Shown here piece by piece: positions 51,468 through 62,486 of a stretch of 64,000 bases of DNA. Source of the DNA: Felis catus (lineage: Eukaryota); assembly GCF_018350175.1 (NCBI RefSeq), contig NC_058368.1, positions 7,998,001-8,062,000 on the forward strand, written 5' to 3'. Under the pieces are notes generated by a model. It had not been told where the DNA came from. It saw only the letters and a list, made by a program, of their open reading frames with translations, and ran no database searches. Every line of letters starts with the position of its first letter. Position 1 is the stretch's first letter. Both the position numbers and the translations under genes were made by a program.

Positions 51468-51885
51468 GGGGAGCCTGAGTGGCTCAATCGGTTAAGCGTC
51501 CAACTCTTGATCTCAGCTCAGGTGTTAATCTCAGGATTCTGAGCTCAACCCCCATTTATGGGCTCCGGGCTGGGCATGAAGCCTAAAGCAAAATAACATG
51601 ATAAGATTAAATTAAATTGGGGCGCCTGGGTGGCGCAGTCGGTTAAGCGTCCGACTTCAGCCAGCTCACGATCTCGCGGTCCGTGAGTTCGAGCCCCGCG
51701 TCGGGCTCTGGGCTGATGGCTCGGACCCTGGAGCCTGTTTCCTACTCTGTGTCTCCCTCTCTCTCTGCCCCTCGCCCATTCATGCTCTGTCTCTCTCTGT
51801 CCCAAAAATAAATAAACGTTGAAAAAAAAAATTACTGTTAAATTAAATTAATAAAATAATTAATAAAATAAAATTAATAAAATAA
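51468..51885 (+). mobile_element. Older SINE (from 51468) with a young Can-SINE (51619-51837) inserted in its tail
   Basis: Inner TSD ttaaattaaatt; outer degenerate TSD aaataaagaacttatg / aaataaaatcttatg. Confidence 0.88.
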
Positions 51886-52278
51886 AATAAAATCTTATGA
51901 CTCAAGTAATCAGGTAAGTTGAAGACACGGAATATGGAGCTATTTTGAACTTCGTTGCTACATACTTCTCTATCACTATTAGATTTTATACTATTTTTCC
52001 AGCTTCAAGCTGCAGAAGGCTGATTGTTTCCTTCATGCTCAGTAACATCTCTCTTTATGTGTTAGAAGTTTTACAAACATATTGCAAAAAAAACCTCACT
52101 GTTCCCCCGAATGACAACCTTTTTAACTTGATTCGATGTTAAGTCACTTCTAATGGTGGATTTTGAATTGTAACCATTGAAATTGGAATTGTAACAAACT
52201 GAGTCACATTGAAAACTGTTGTTAGAGCTCTCTGTAGAAACCTAGCAGTGTTTCCTTTCATATTAAAATTGAATTCTA

Positions 52279-52493
52279 ATTTTTTTTTTCGACGTTTATT
52301 TATTTTTGGGACAGAGAGAGACAGAGTATGAACGGGGGAGGGGCAGAGAGATAGGGAGACACAGAGTCGGAAGCAGGCTCCAGGCTCCGAGCCATCAGCC
52401 CAGAGCCCGACGCGGGGCTCGAACTCACGGACCGCGAGATCGTGACCTGAGCCGAAGTCGGACGCTCAACCAACTGAGCCACCCAGGCACCCC
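52279..52493 (-). mobile_element. Can-SINE, sense to FLT1
   Basis: T-tract, (GA)n and reverse-complement head. Confidence 0.95.
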
Positions 52494-52922
52494 ACTAATA
52501 TACTTTTTTAATGCAAAGCTTTGTATATCAGATTTATTTCAAATGAGATGCATCTGTCTTTGATTTTGCATGTTTTCAACAGTACATAATCCTACATGAT
52601 AAATGACCTCTTTATCTAAGTATAAATCCCCAAGTCTCATGTTTCCAAAATTTGATTTTAAGACCATGAGCCTTTAGCAAGGTTGTATGAGGTTAATTAA
52701 GCATAATTCATAATAAAGGAAGAGAGTCTTTCCCCAAGATGCACTTTATTAAAAGCGTAAGTCTCATAGACTAAGTTTTATAGAATCTTTCTGGTTGGTG
52801 GCAAGGGTGGGAGAAAGGTTACGAACGCAACTGCAGATGAACCAAATTTCTAGAAACTACCAAAGTTTTTGATTGGGATCTACTTCCTGCGGGGCTCTAG
52901 TGCTTAAGAAAAAAGAAAAAAA

Positions 52923-53146
52923 GGGGCGCCTGGGTGGCGTAGTCGGTTAAGCGTCCGACTTCAGCCAGGTCACGATCTCGCGGTCCGGGAGTTCGAGCCC
53001 CGCGTCAGGCTCTGGGCTGATGGCTCAGAGCCTGGAGCCTGTTTCCGATTCTGTGTCTCCCTCTCTCTCTGCCCCTCGCCCGTTCATGCTCTCTCTCTGT
53101 CCCAAAAATAAATAAACGTTGGAAAAAAAATTAAAAAAAAAAAAAA
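52923..53146 (+). mobile_element. Can-SINE, young variant
   Basis: Full body and long A-tail; TSD aagaaaaaagaa. Confidence 0.95.
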
Positions 53147-56100
53147 AGAAAAAAGAAGCTGAACCTTAGTCTCAACCTCCGTGTTGTGCCTTTATTAAAG
53201 TATTGACCAGGTAACATAAAGGGTACATTATAAGCGAGTGCACCATGAGAACAACAGTCTTAAGTGAAGACCCCACCACCCGCAAAGCTGGCAGCACGAG
53301 GGCATTATAAATGTATTTATACATATAATGCGTGTTTCATTTCCAGCATGATGGAGAAAGACCCAAGGGTTCATATTCCACCTATCAACGGACCACATGG
53401 AAGACAGGAAAGCCATGGGGATCTGCACAGCAGCGGCATAGCTTGAGTCCACGGTTAGCCAAACGTTAATTTTCAAAATGTTACTCTCCCCCCCCCCCCC
53501 AAACAACTGGCGTTAGGTCAAGGAAACTCCGAAAGAAAAAAAGGATGTTAACCTAAATACATGCACACATACACACCTCCTGACTCGGATGCATACACCT
53601 CTCTGAAAAGGTCAACGTTGTTTTAGGTATGGGGGGGGAAGCGGGTGTAGCAGTGTAAAAGGTCCGGTGGGGGGGGGGGTGAATGTTTGAATTGTTTCCT
53701 TCATTGTTTTAGACACAGGGAGAGCTCTTTTTGGCTGGGATTTAGAAGCCGACATGTATTTGGCAATGGCACGGAGCTCCTGATGATTTACTGCTGACTA
53801 ATCCCTTATGTTGATAAGATTATTTGCAACTTTTGGAGGGACAAATACAGGATATTTTACATTAATCGTGTGATGGATCTCGCGGTCTACAAAGGTCTGA
53901 ATGTTGAAGTAGCTTCTGTCCAGCAACCATACGTTTAATTTGTAGAAAGCTGCTAATCCCAGGGTTTGGCTATCGCCCTTTACGTCTTATGTGATGTTAA
54001 GCTCACGATTTTACCACCCAGATCCACAAAAAAGAATTCACTGGCTTCTGGCTTTAGAGATTTTACTATTCGAAGTAACCCCCAAATCTTTAGACTTTCG
54101 ATGTCGAGTGTCTGATCCCCATGCTTTAGCAGAAAGTTTTAAATTGTCACTTACGTGGCATTTGTGCCTTGAATTCAATGGGAAAAAAATAAGGGAAGAG
54201 ATTATGAAATTATTTAAATGTTAATTTCAGCAGTTAGTGTTGGCACATACCCCATAGATACGTCCGCTTGAATAATTCTGCCACGGTGTGTTTTAAAGCC
54301 TCCTTAACCATTTGTGTTTTAACTGTCCGTCAACAAAATTCATAAATAGTTTTTGCAGCGCAAGGCACACAGGACACACTATTAGCCTCTGATGTGGCCG
54401 ATGTCTAAAATAATCAGAACTTGCACAGTCTTCACTCTACCCACGCGTGAGTCACTGGCCGCCTTCATTTTCCTTTTACAAAAGTTATTTAGAAGAAAGA
54501 ATTCTGCAATGGTTTAAGATGTTGACCAAGAGAGACGTACTCTCGTAACACCGACATTCCTGCTATCAATGTTTACGAGGGGGCACGTCTTCAGCGTTCC
54601 TCTCCTAGCTTTTTACTTAACGCTGGCTTCTCGGAGGGTCATGGTTTAACAGGGAGCCTTCATTCATCATTAGGCCTGTCACTGCACTACCATCAGGAGC
54701 CTACCCTCCCAGTGACCTGTACCCGTGCACAGCTCCTTTTCATGTGACATCAGAGTTAATTAAGGTTGGTCAGTGAGAAATCTCCTGCCGACCAAGAAGT
54801 TACCTTCTCCCAAAAAAGGCTCTACTCCCACACCGCTGCTGTTTTATTGAAGGAGGTCAAAAACCACCTCCACAGAGCTGTCTAACAACATGTCATTTCA
54901 ATTTACCATACGATGTCACGGAAGTGATCTGAGCTGCCCGGAGCAAGGGTTAAGATCCGGTTGACAGGGCACGAGACGTAGCTCGTAAAGTATTTAGTAG
55001 AGAAGTCTGATAGACCTCCATCTGGTTATGCAAAGGGAGAGGAACAGAACAATCTTCACACTCTAAAAATGCAGAGAGGAAGGTTTTGTCTGTTAGGTAG
55101 TGCTTCTCTACCAATAGCAGGAAACCCAGTACATTTGGGGCGTAACCCCGTTGGCCTGTTCTCGCCCAGTTGTTACCGTTCGGAGGACTGTGGGGAAACG
55201 GGGCCCAGAGCCACCTCGTATAGGATGGATCACAGTCACCGACAGTGCTCTGCTGTCGCTCACGTCGAATCGCAAGTTAATTCAGGCCAGAATGTATTAG
55301 TTTTCAGGTTATGAGTGCCTGAGATTCAGAATGTATTAAATTTCAGCGTATGCACACCTGAAAAGTCGAAGTGCCGTTTCAATAAAAACGCACGCAGTAT
55401 GTGTAAGATTAAGTATACAGCACTTGGTTTAACGGAAGCAACGGTTTCGTTCATCTTTCAGAACTTGCTACGTCCTCTTCAGAATCACAGTGCTCTGAAA
55501 CAACACAGTGCGGTCAGTGACAGAATGCTTACGGCCAAGAGAGCATTTGGACAGAGCTGCGTTATTAGAAATGGTGGCAGTATTAACAGAATGCACGGAA
55601 TGCCTTACCATCAGCCTTCTAATCTCTAATCTCTCGTCTAGAGCACAAGTTTCAGTTCTGCCAAAGGCACCCTCCATGTTATTTTTAAATAGACAACTAT
55701 TCCTGAAACTAATCCAACATTGTATGTCAACTACACGTCACGAAAAAAAATGTTTTTAATAATTAAAACCTTCATACAAATCCAAACAATTATCAGTCTA
55801 GAAGCATAGTACAGCGTGCATGCAACCCACAATTTTAAACCTAAAGTTTTCTCCCTTCTGCACGGCATTAGGATTACAGTTGGGCCTACCACCAAGTATG
55901 TTCCAAGTGCTCTGTGTCTATTAACTGTTCAACGCCAAAGGGCCAGGCATCTACGCAGATGATGGGAGCAGGTATCCGAATTTCAGGGCCAGGTTATTTA
56001 CGCGGATCCCTGTGGGTTCTATCAGGAAGGAAAGCATCCCAGAGAAGATATGGGGAATATTTAATCAATTCCACGTAGGAGCTTGCCAAAGAATGGTTAA

Positions 56101-56149
56101 AGCATATGAACAGGATTGGATTATTCATCCACCCATCCATTCATTCATT

Positions 56150-56550
56150 CACTCATTCATTTATGAAAGCATGCTTGTGCCAGTGGGGGAGAGGGGCAAA
56201 GAGAATCTTAAGCAGGCTCCAGGCTCAGAACAGAGCTTTACATGGGGCTCGATCTCATCACCATGAGATCATGATCTGAACTGAAATCAAGAGTTGGATG
56301 CTTAACCAACTGAGCCATGCAGACACCTTGGAACTTTTTTTTTTTTTAACGTTTATTTATTTTTGAGACAGAGAGAGACAGAGCATGAACGGGGGAGGGT
56401 CAGAGACAGAGGAAGATACAGAATCTGAAACAGGCTCCAGGCTCTGAGCAGTCAGCACAGAGCCCGACACGGGGCTCAAACTCATGGACCGCAAGATCGT
56501 GACCTGAGCCAAAGTCGGACGCTTAACCGACTGAGCCACCCAGGCGCCCC
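56150..56550 (-). mobile_element. Two tandem Can-SINEs (about 56150-56328 older; 56335-56550 younger)
   Basis: Two reverse-complement heads; the younger copy has TSD ggaactttt. Confidence 0.9.
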
Positions 56551-56722
56551 GGAACTTTTAAATTATGTGTAGTCACTGCCTATAATCTGTTATGTAACAC
56601 AAATAAACTGCAGATTCACACACAGTTCTTTCTGGGGAAAAAAAAATGAATATATCATGGAGTTGTATATTGTGATGCTATTAAATAGCCACAAAAAATG
56701 CACGATGCTGAAGATTTAATTT

Positions 56723-56935
56723 AAAAAAAAATTTTTAATGCTTATTTATTGAGAGACAGAGACAGAGCGTGAGCAGGGGAGGGGCAGAGAGAGAGGGAGA
56801 CACACAATCCAAAGCAGGCTCCAGGCTCCGAGCTGTATGCACAGAGCCCGACGCGGGGCTCGAACTCACAAACCGCGAGATCATGACCCTAGCCGAAGTC
56901 GGACGCTTAAACCGACTGAGCCACCCAGGCGCTCC
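56723..56935 (-). mobile_element. Can-SINE
   Basis: TSD tgaagatttaattt (56709-56722 / 56936-56949). Confidence 0.95.
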
Positions 56936-58125
56936 TGAAGATTTAATTTTGAATCCAGAATAGCACCTTAAGATCTGTGTGTCATAAAATGAGGAATGCT
57001 AGAAAGCAAGTAGGAAGGCAGGCAAGAGTGCACCTTAACTCTACTATCCAGCAAGGAAAAGCCAAAAACGTCACCACAGTCTACCAACGTTTGGTCTCTT
57101 CTCACATATTCTTCAACCTTATAATCTATTACGAAGAATGACAAAGTACCACTTGCTTTGCACATAAAAACGGGAAAAACAAAAGCGTGGCAGGCTGAGT
57201 GTGATACGGTTCTCGTGTCCATTGTAGGCTCACACTGATCCAGCTTCGGAAGCCTAAGCTACATCGAGAACTTTCTTCTGGAGTACTTTAAATGGTCTGT
57301 AACAGAGGTGCTTTATAAATTCCCTCGCTAAGAGGCGAGTTGAGAGATCGTTGCCTTTGTAACCAGTAATATATACAAACCCTCTGACCCTTGTGATCTA
57401 ATGGCCAAGTGTGTGCAAAGAAGTGATCCATCATAGGGGAATTGAGTTTTTGAAAGCTATGTTAGCATACTTTCTAAGGCTCGTTAAAACACTATTCTTG
57501 ACCATTGTGTTTCTGTTGTCAAAATCAGTTTCCTTCTAAATTAAACAATTTGAAATACACTTGCTTTTCATCACGCATTTTTTGGAGACTAATCCCGCTT
57601 AGACAATGGGATGGCTATGCCGACTGAATTGTTCTTTTTAATGCTGGCTTCCTTTAATTTCCACGTTTTCTTAAGACTCGCTTAATTTACACAGTAAATA
57701 TAGACAATCTTCTCACGGATTCACAAACTTAAAAATAAATCTTGTCTCAGGTGGAACTAATGTTCTACACGTTTTGCTGAGAGCCAAGGTTCTAGAAGGG
57801 AAAGTAACCCACCTCCTGCATAAGTAGTTCAGTTTTTAAAGAAATAATTTACTGAATGGCTTTTGCTCACTTCAGTAGGTGATAACAAGGCCTTCCTCAC
57901 AAATATCCACAAAAGACTTTACAGTCATTTATACCCCAAACTGGGAGAATACTGATTTTAGTTCTCAGGGCGTTTTTACTCATACACGCTCATTAACCTA
58001 CCTAGAATTTCATTTCTAGAATCAGCAGTTTTGATACTATCCAAGATATCACACCTCTGATGGAAGAAAAAAATAAAACAAAACACCAACTTCCGCTACC
58101 TGTTGGCCATCAACCTAACGGGCTT

Positions 58126-58153
58126 CTAGTATACGTGCTGCCGAAGCGAGCAC
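58126..58153 (-). pseudogene. 3'-truncated (tailless) U6 snRNA retropseudogene, about nt 1-28
   Basis: Minus strand reads GTGCTCGCTTCGGCAGCACGTATACTAG versus U6 5' end GTGCTCGCTTCGGCAGCACATATACTAA; flanked by the direct repeat caacctaacgggctt (58111-58125 and 58153-58167). Confidence 0.9.
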
Positions 58154-60947
58154 AACCTAACGGGCTTTAAAATAACTTACGAATCAGCTGACGCTGGAGG
58201 ACAAGCCCAAAATCCATAAGCAGAAGTTACCTAAAACCGGAAGGAAGAACTCTGTAGAGAGGCAGGAAGGTCCCCAGTCGCCAGGAAAGTTAAGCCACCA
58301 ATTCCCGGACATGAGACTGATGCACTGGGTTAAGCGCTGGGCTCTCAACCACGATCCTAGGAATCTGGGAACTGGTTTCTCTCATTTATCTATCCTTCTT
58401 ATCTCTCTCTCACTGCCAGCCAGCCCTGGTTTTTTTTCCTACTACATTCCCGATATGACCCCTTTCTCTCACCCCTCACCTTGGTGATTTCTCTGATCTT
58501 AAACCTCAGCATTTATTCCTCCATTTAATACCTTAAACATATACGAAAAGAAGGCCAGAATAAGACGAACAAGATCACTTTCTGTAAAGTGCTTGTAAAT
58601 CAGGCTGCACGAGAGATAAAGATACACGTATGTAATATCGTATATACAAGTGTATGTAGGTTATAAAATTTCATCCTTGCTAATTAATTCACATATGAAT
58701 ATAAAACTACATAATATCTGTGCGTTATCACAGCCAAGTACGAGATGTGGGGCAGCTAGCCCAGCCCAGGGACTGAGGGACGTTCTCACAGAAGAACAGT
58801 GTTGATGGTGAGACCTGAAGAATGAGTGTGTGTTCGCTAAAGGTAACGTTTGGTTCTCTCTCTCCTTCGAAGACTTCCAAACCTTCAAACCCTCTGAAGC
58901 TTCATCTTTCCTTCAGACAACTGTTTTCCTTTATCAACTACCCTTAATGCTCTTCCCTGAACAACTCTGCTTTCCTTGACCTCTTCGCTGAGAGGAGAGA
59001 GCCGTACTGTCTTCTTCCAATGCTCTGGTTTGCGTATTTTTTAAAATCTGGGATTTATCTGGCTTTACCGGCCACTAGAATAAAAGCCACAGGGAACATT
59101 CGCTAGAAGATCTGCCCAGGTCATGCTGTGCTTTTGGAAATCCTGGAAGAGGTCTAGGGTGGAGGTGAAGCAATGAGAGGAATAAAAAACAAAAAAAAAA
59201 GATCAGTTTTCACTTGTAGGATTACATTAGTCGGGACTTGTCTCTCCTCCTCACCTGTCTTGTCCTCCTAGCCTACCCTGGGGACGGTCCAGAGCCAAGA
59301 GGAAACAGTCTTCAACCCAAATGTCTTGATCCAAGATGACAAAAACAACAGCAGTGGCAGTAACATCACCTAATGTCATCAGGCTGAATTGGTGTACCTA
59401 AAAATTAGGATTCCCGGTCAACTGTCTCCCTTCTGTGCTGGGCTTGGGAACCTTGACCAGCTAAGAGTTTTCCAGAGGGAGGGCTCATCTGAAGAAAACA
59501 GCTCTTGGGAATCATTTCTCTAGTGGCTGAGCAGCTTGAATCCTCACCTTGAATCCTGAGTTTAGATTCAATTCCAGAGAACATGGCCAGCTCAGCCAAA
59601 GATAAGAAAGGGGTCACTGGAATCAGAGAATGGCCCGCACGGAAGGAACCAACATTACAGGTGTGCTGGGAGACTGACCGACTGCCAGCTCTTGGGCAGA
59701 TTTCTGCCAACCTCCTCTCCACATGCCCACACAGGTTCTTAGAAAGTGAACCAATGTGGAACCGTGACTCCTACAAGGGCCTCTGAAACCCAGAAGAATG
59801 GCTATGATACAGTTTCATTCAGGTCCACCAGCATTTATTGAGTGACTACTGTGTGCCAGGCACCATACTGAATTCATAGCTAGGAAGATGAATCAGGGCT
59901 CTCAGCCCTGGGGGGCCCCTCAGGTCATGAATCATCTAGAAGCAGATTAGGTGAATACCAAGAAACGTAGGAGATTATCTAAGTCAACACACAGAGATCA
60001 CCTCCTAACTATGTATACCTTGTTTTTAAAGAACATATTTTTGGGCGTAGGGAGTCCTAAACTCTTCACTAACTTAAGGGATTCACGTCAGGAAAATTCC
60101 ACGAACTTCACAAAATAAGACATATCTTCAGTGGCCAACACGGAGCACAACAATCACAACTATGTTTGCATCTTGAAATAAGATACAATGGGTTCATGGA
60201 CGACAACTGCTTGAGCACCTTACTTAAGCGAGTATGTTACAATGTTCTAAAGTAAGTCTTCTTCGCATGGCTGGATTCACAGGGGAAGTTGCACATATAC
60301 TTAGAAAGAAGACTGGTTATGAAATAGGCACCAGGAGAATTAAATTTGAGATGATCCATGGTTCCCCTCATGTAATCACAGCAGAAAGTACAGCATTCCA
60401 AAACATTTCAAGAAAATATACTCCTTAAAAGAAATTTCCCATCCCACGTTTAGACTTAACATTCCCCCCAAATGGTGAGTGAATTCTTCTAGCAAGGCAA
60501 TCATCTGCCCACCTGCTTGGCCTGTAAAACACATTCAAAACCCAAAACAACTGTCTCTGCGTTTTGGGATTCCGTCGCCCCTAAAAAGACATACCTGGAC
60601 ACAGAATCACTAAGTGTAATGTCAATCCAAAGAGGCTAAGGTGAGTTAGAAGTTCCTGCAAATTAGCATTTATGTGAGTTTCCTGAGTTTCTCATTTGCC
60701 TTCTAAGTGACTCTGTGTGACAAATACTTTGCATAGGCTATTTCTCATTTACCAGGTGCCAGGACAGGAAATGGGACTGGGGAGCGTGCGGAACAACCGG
60801 TTCTGATTTGCACATCAACAACGTGTGTCAAATATTCTCTAGCCCCCAAGAAGTTAGAGGTACATAAGGTCCATTCTAGGACCATCCAATTACTCAATCC
60901 CCATGCATTTCTTTTTTTCTCTTAGGTCTAGTCGAATTCCCTATGGA

Positions 60948-61177
60948 CGGGTGCCTGAGTGGCTCAGTAGGTTGAGCGTCCAACTTCAGCTCAGGTCACG
61001 ATCTCAGGGTTTGTGGGTTCGAGCCCCGCGTCGGGCTCTGTGCTCTGTGCTGACAGCTCAGAGCCTGGGGCCTGCTTCGGATTCTGTGTCTCCCTCTCTC
61101 TCTGCCCCTCCCCTGATCATGCTCCAGTCTCTCTCTCTGTCAAAAATAAACAAACATTGAAAAAAAAATTTTTTAAA
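60948..61177 (+). mobile_element. Can-SINE with a small internal duplication (ctctgtg x2)
   Basis: TSD gaattccctatgga (60934-60947 / 61178-61191). Confidence 0.95.
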
Positions 61178-61875
61178 GAATTCCCTATGGAAAAGATTTC
61201 AAAGCTATAAACATTTCCAAAGAACAACAGAGAACAAAAATCCGATCCAGCAGGAGATGTTATGTGGAAAAGAGGGTTATCCAGTGTTTTCCCAAAAGAA
61301 AACAATGCCATTAATCACAGGCGAAATGCCATAACTAGAGTTTACAATGCATTTTCAAGTTGTTTGCAATCTCTTCTAATACAACCTTGCCTTTCCAATT
61401 GTTCACGTCTACTTTTCGCTTCTCTAGTGCCAACTTAGAAAAAGAAAACAAAAAAAAAAAAATCAAAGAGTATATATATCACCAGTCCTTATAATTTTCA
61501 TCCAAGGTATATATCTATTTGGCTACATTTTCCACTGTTCGCTTGGAACAAACACTAGAACGCCTCCATAGGTGGCAGGACAGGGTTTTTCTCAGATTTG
61601 GATGAACGTGGCCATATTCTGGTATTGAAAAGATGCTCTCAAGTGGTCGATCAAGGAAGAAGCAGAACACTTTTCCCTCTTTCTCGATTTCTTGCAGGTT
61701 TGAATACCTGAAAAGAATGATCTAGCTGGGGAGGAGAGGCCCAAGACACAACAGGGCTTGAAAAAGATGCGTCCATTTTTGATAATGGTAATCAGCAAGG
61801 TAAATCATCTAGAGATAAAATGTACAACAGGATGACTATAGTTAATGCTGCTGCATAGTATATTTGCAAGTTGCC

Positions 61876-61957
61876 AGGAAGGGAGGGAGGGAGGGAGGGA
61901 GGGAGGGAGGAAGGAAGGAAGGAAGGAAGGAAGGATGGAAGGAAGGAAAAAAGGAAA
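61876..61957 (+). repeat. (GGGA)n(GGAA)n microsatellite following a short L1 3'-UTR-like fragment
   Basis: Repeat seen directly; preceded by aatgtacaacaggatgactatagttaat...tatatttgcaagttgc. Confidence 0.9.
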
Positions 61958-62264
61958 CTTGTGCTCTGTCCATCCTCAACTGAAAAGTAACTCCCTCTAG
62001 AAGATGCTCTCAGACAGTTGTGTTTTTCTCACACACATAGAGATTTTCATTCTAGACACCGGAAGCCAAACTCTTTGGTCTTCCTTAATTCCCCGATTTT
62101 GTCATTCAAGATATGTTGGGTACATGCCGGTGGAAAGAGCCACCAGTTTCAAAATCAGAATGACCTGGTTTGAATCCTGGCCTGGGCACTGCATGAGTGT
62201 GTGACCCTCAGCAAACCCTCAGGGTTTCAATCTGTGAAGAGCAAAGTTAAAAGTGCACTTGTTA

Positions 62265-62486
62265 GGGGCGCCTGGGTGGCGCAGTCGGTTAAGCGTCCGA
62301 CTTCAGCCAGGTCACGATCTCGCGGTCCGTGAGTTCGAGCCCCGCGTCGGGCTCTGGGCTGATGGCTCAGAGCCTGGAGCCTGTTTCTGATTCTGTGTCT
62401 CCCTCTCTCTCTGCCCCTCCCCCGTTCATGCTCTGTCTCTCTGTGTCCCAAAAATAAATAAACGTTGAAAAAAAAATTAAAAAAAA
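62265..62486 (+). mobile_element. Can-SINE, young variant, inserted in a MIR-like relic
   Basis: TSD aaaagtgc(a/g)cttgtt. Confidence 0.95.

Noticed and set aside
55288..55353. Imperfect 39-bp-period repeat (cagaatgtatta twice)
   Set aside because: Only two degenerate units; an ordinary local duplication
3069..62486. tRNA-like A/B boxes and dispersed near-identical repeats suggesting tRNA genes or a CRISPR-like array
   Set aside because: These are tRNA-derived SINE heads with (CT)n, A-tails and TSDs; spacing is irregular, there are no cas genes, and the context is eukaryotic
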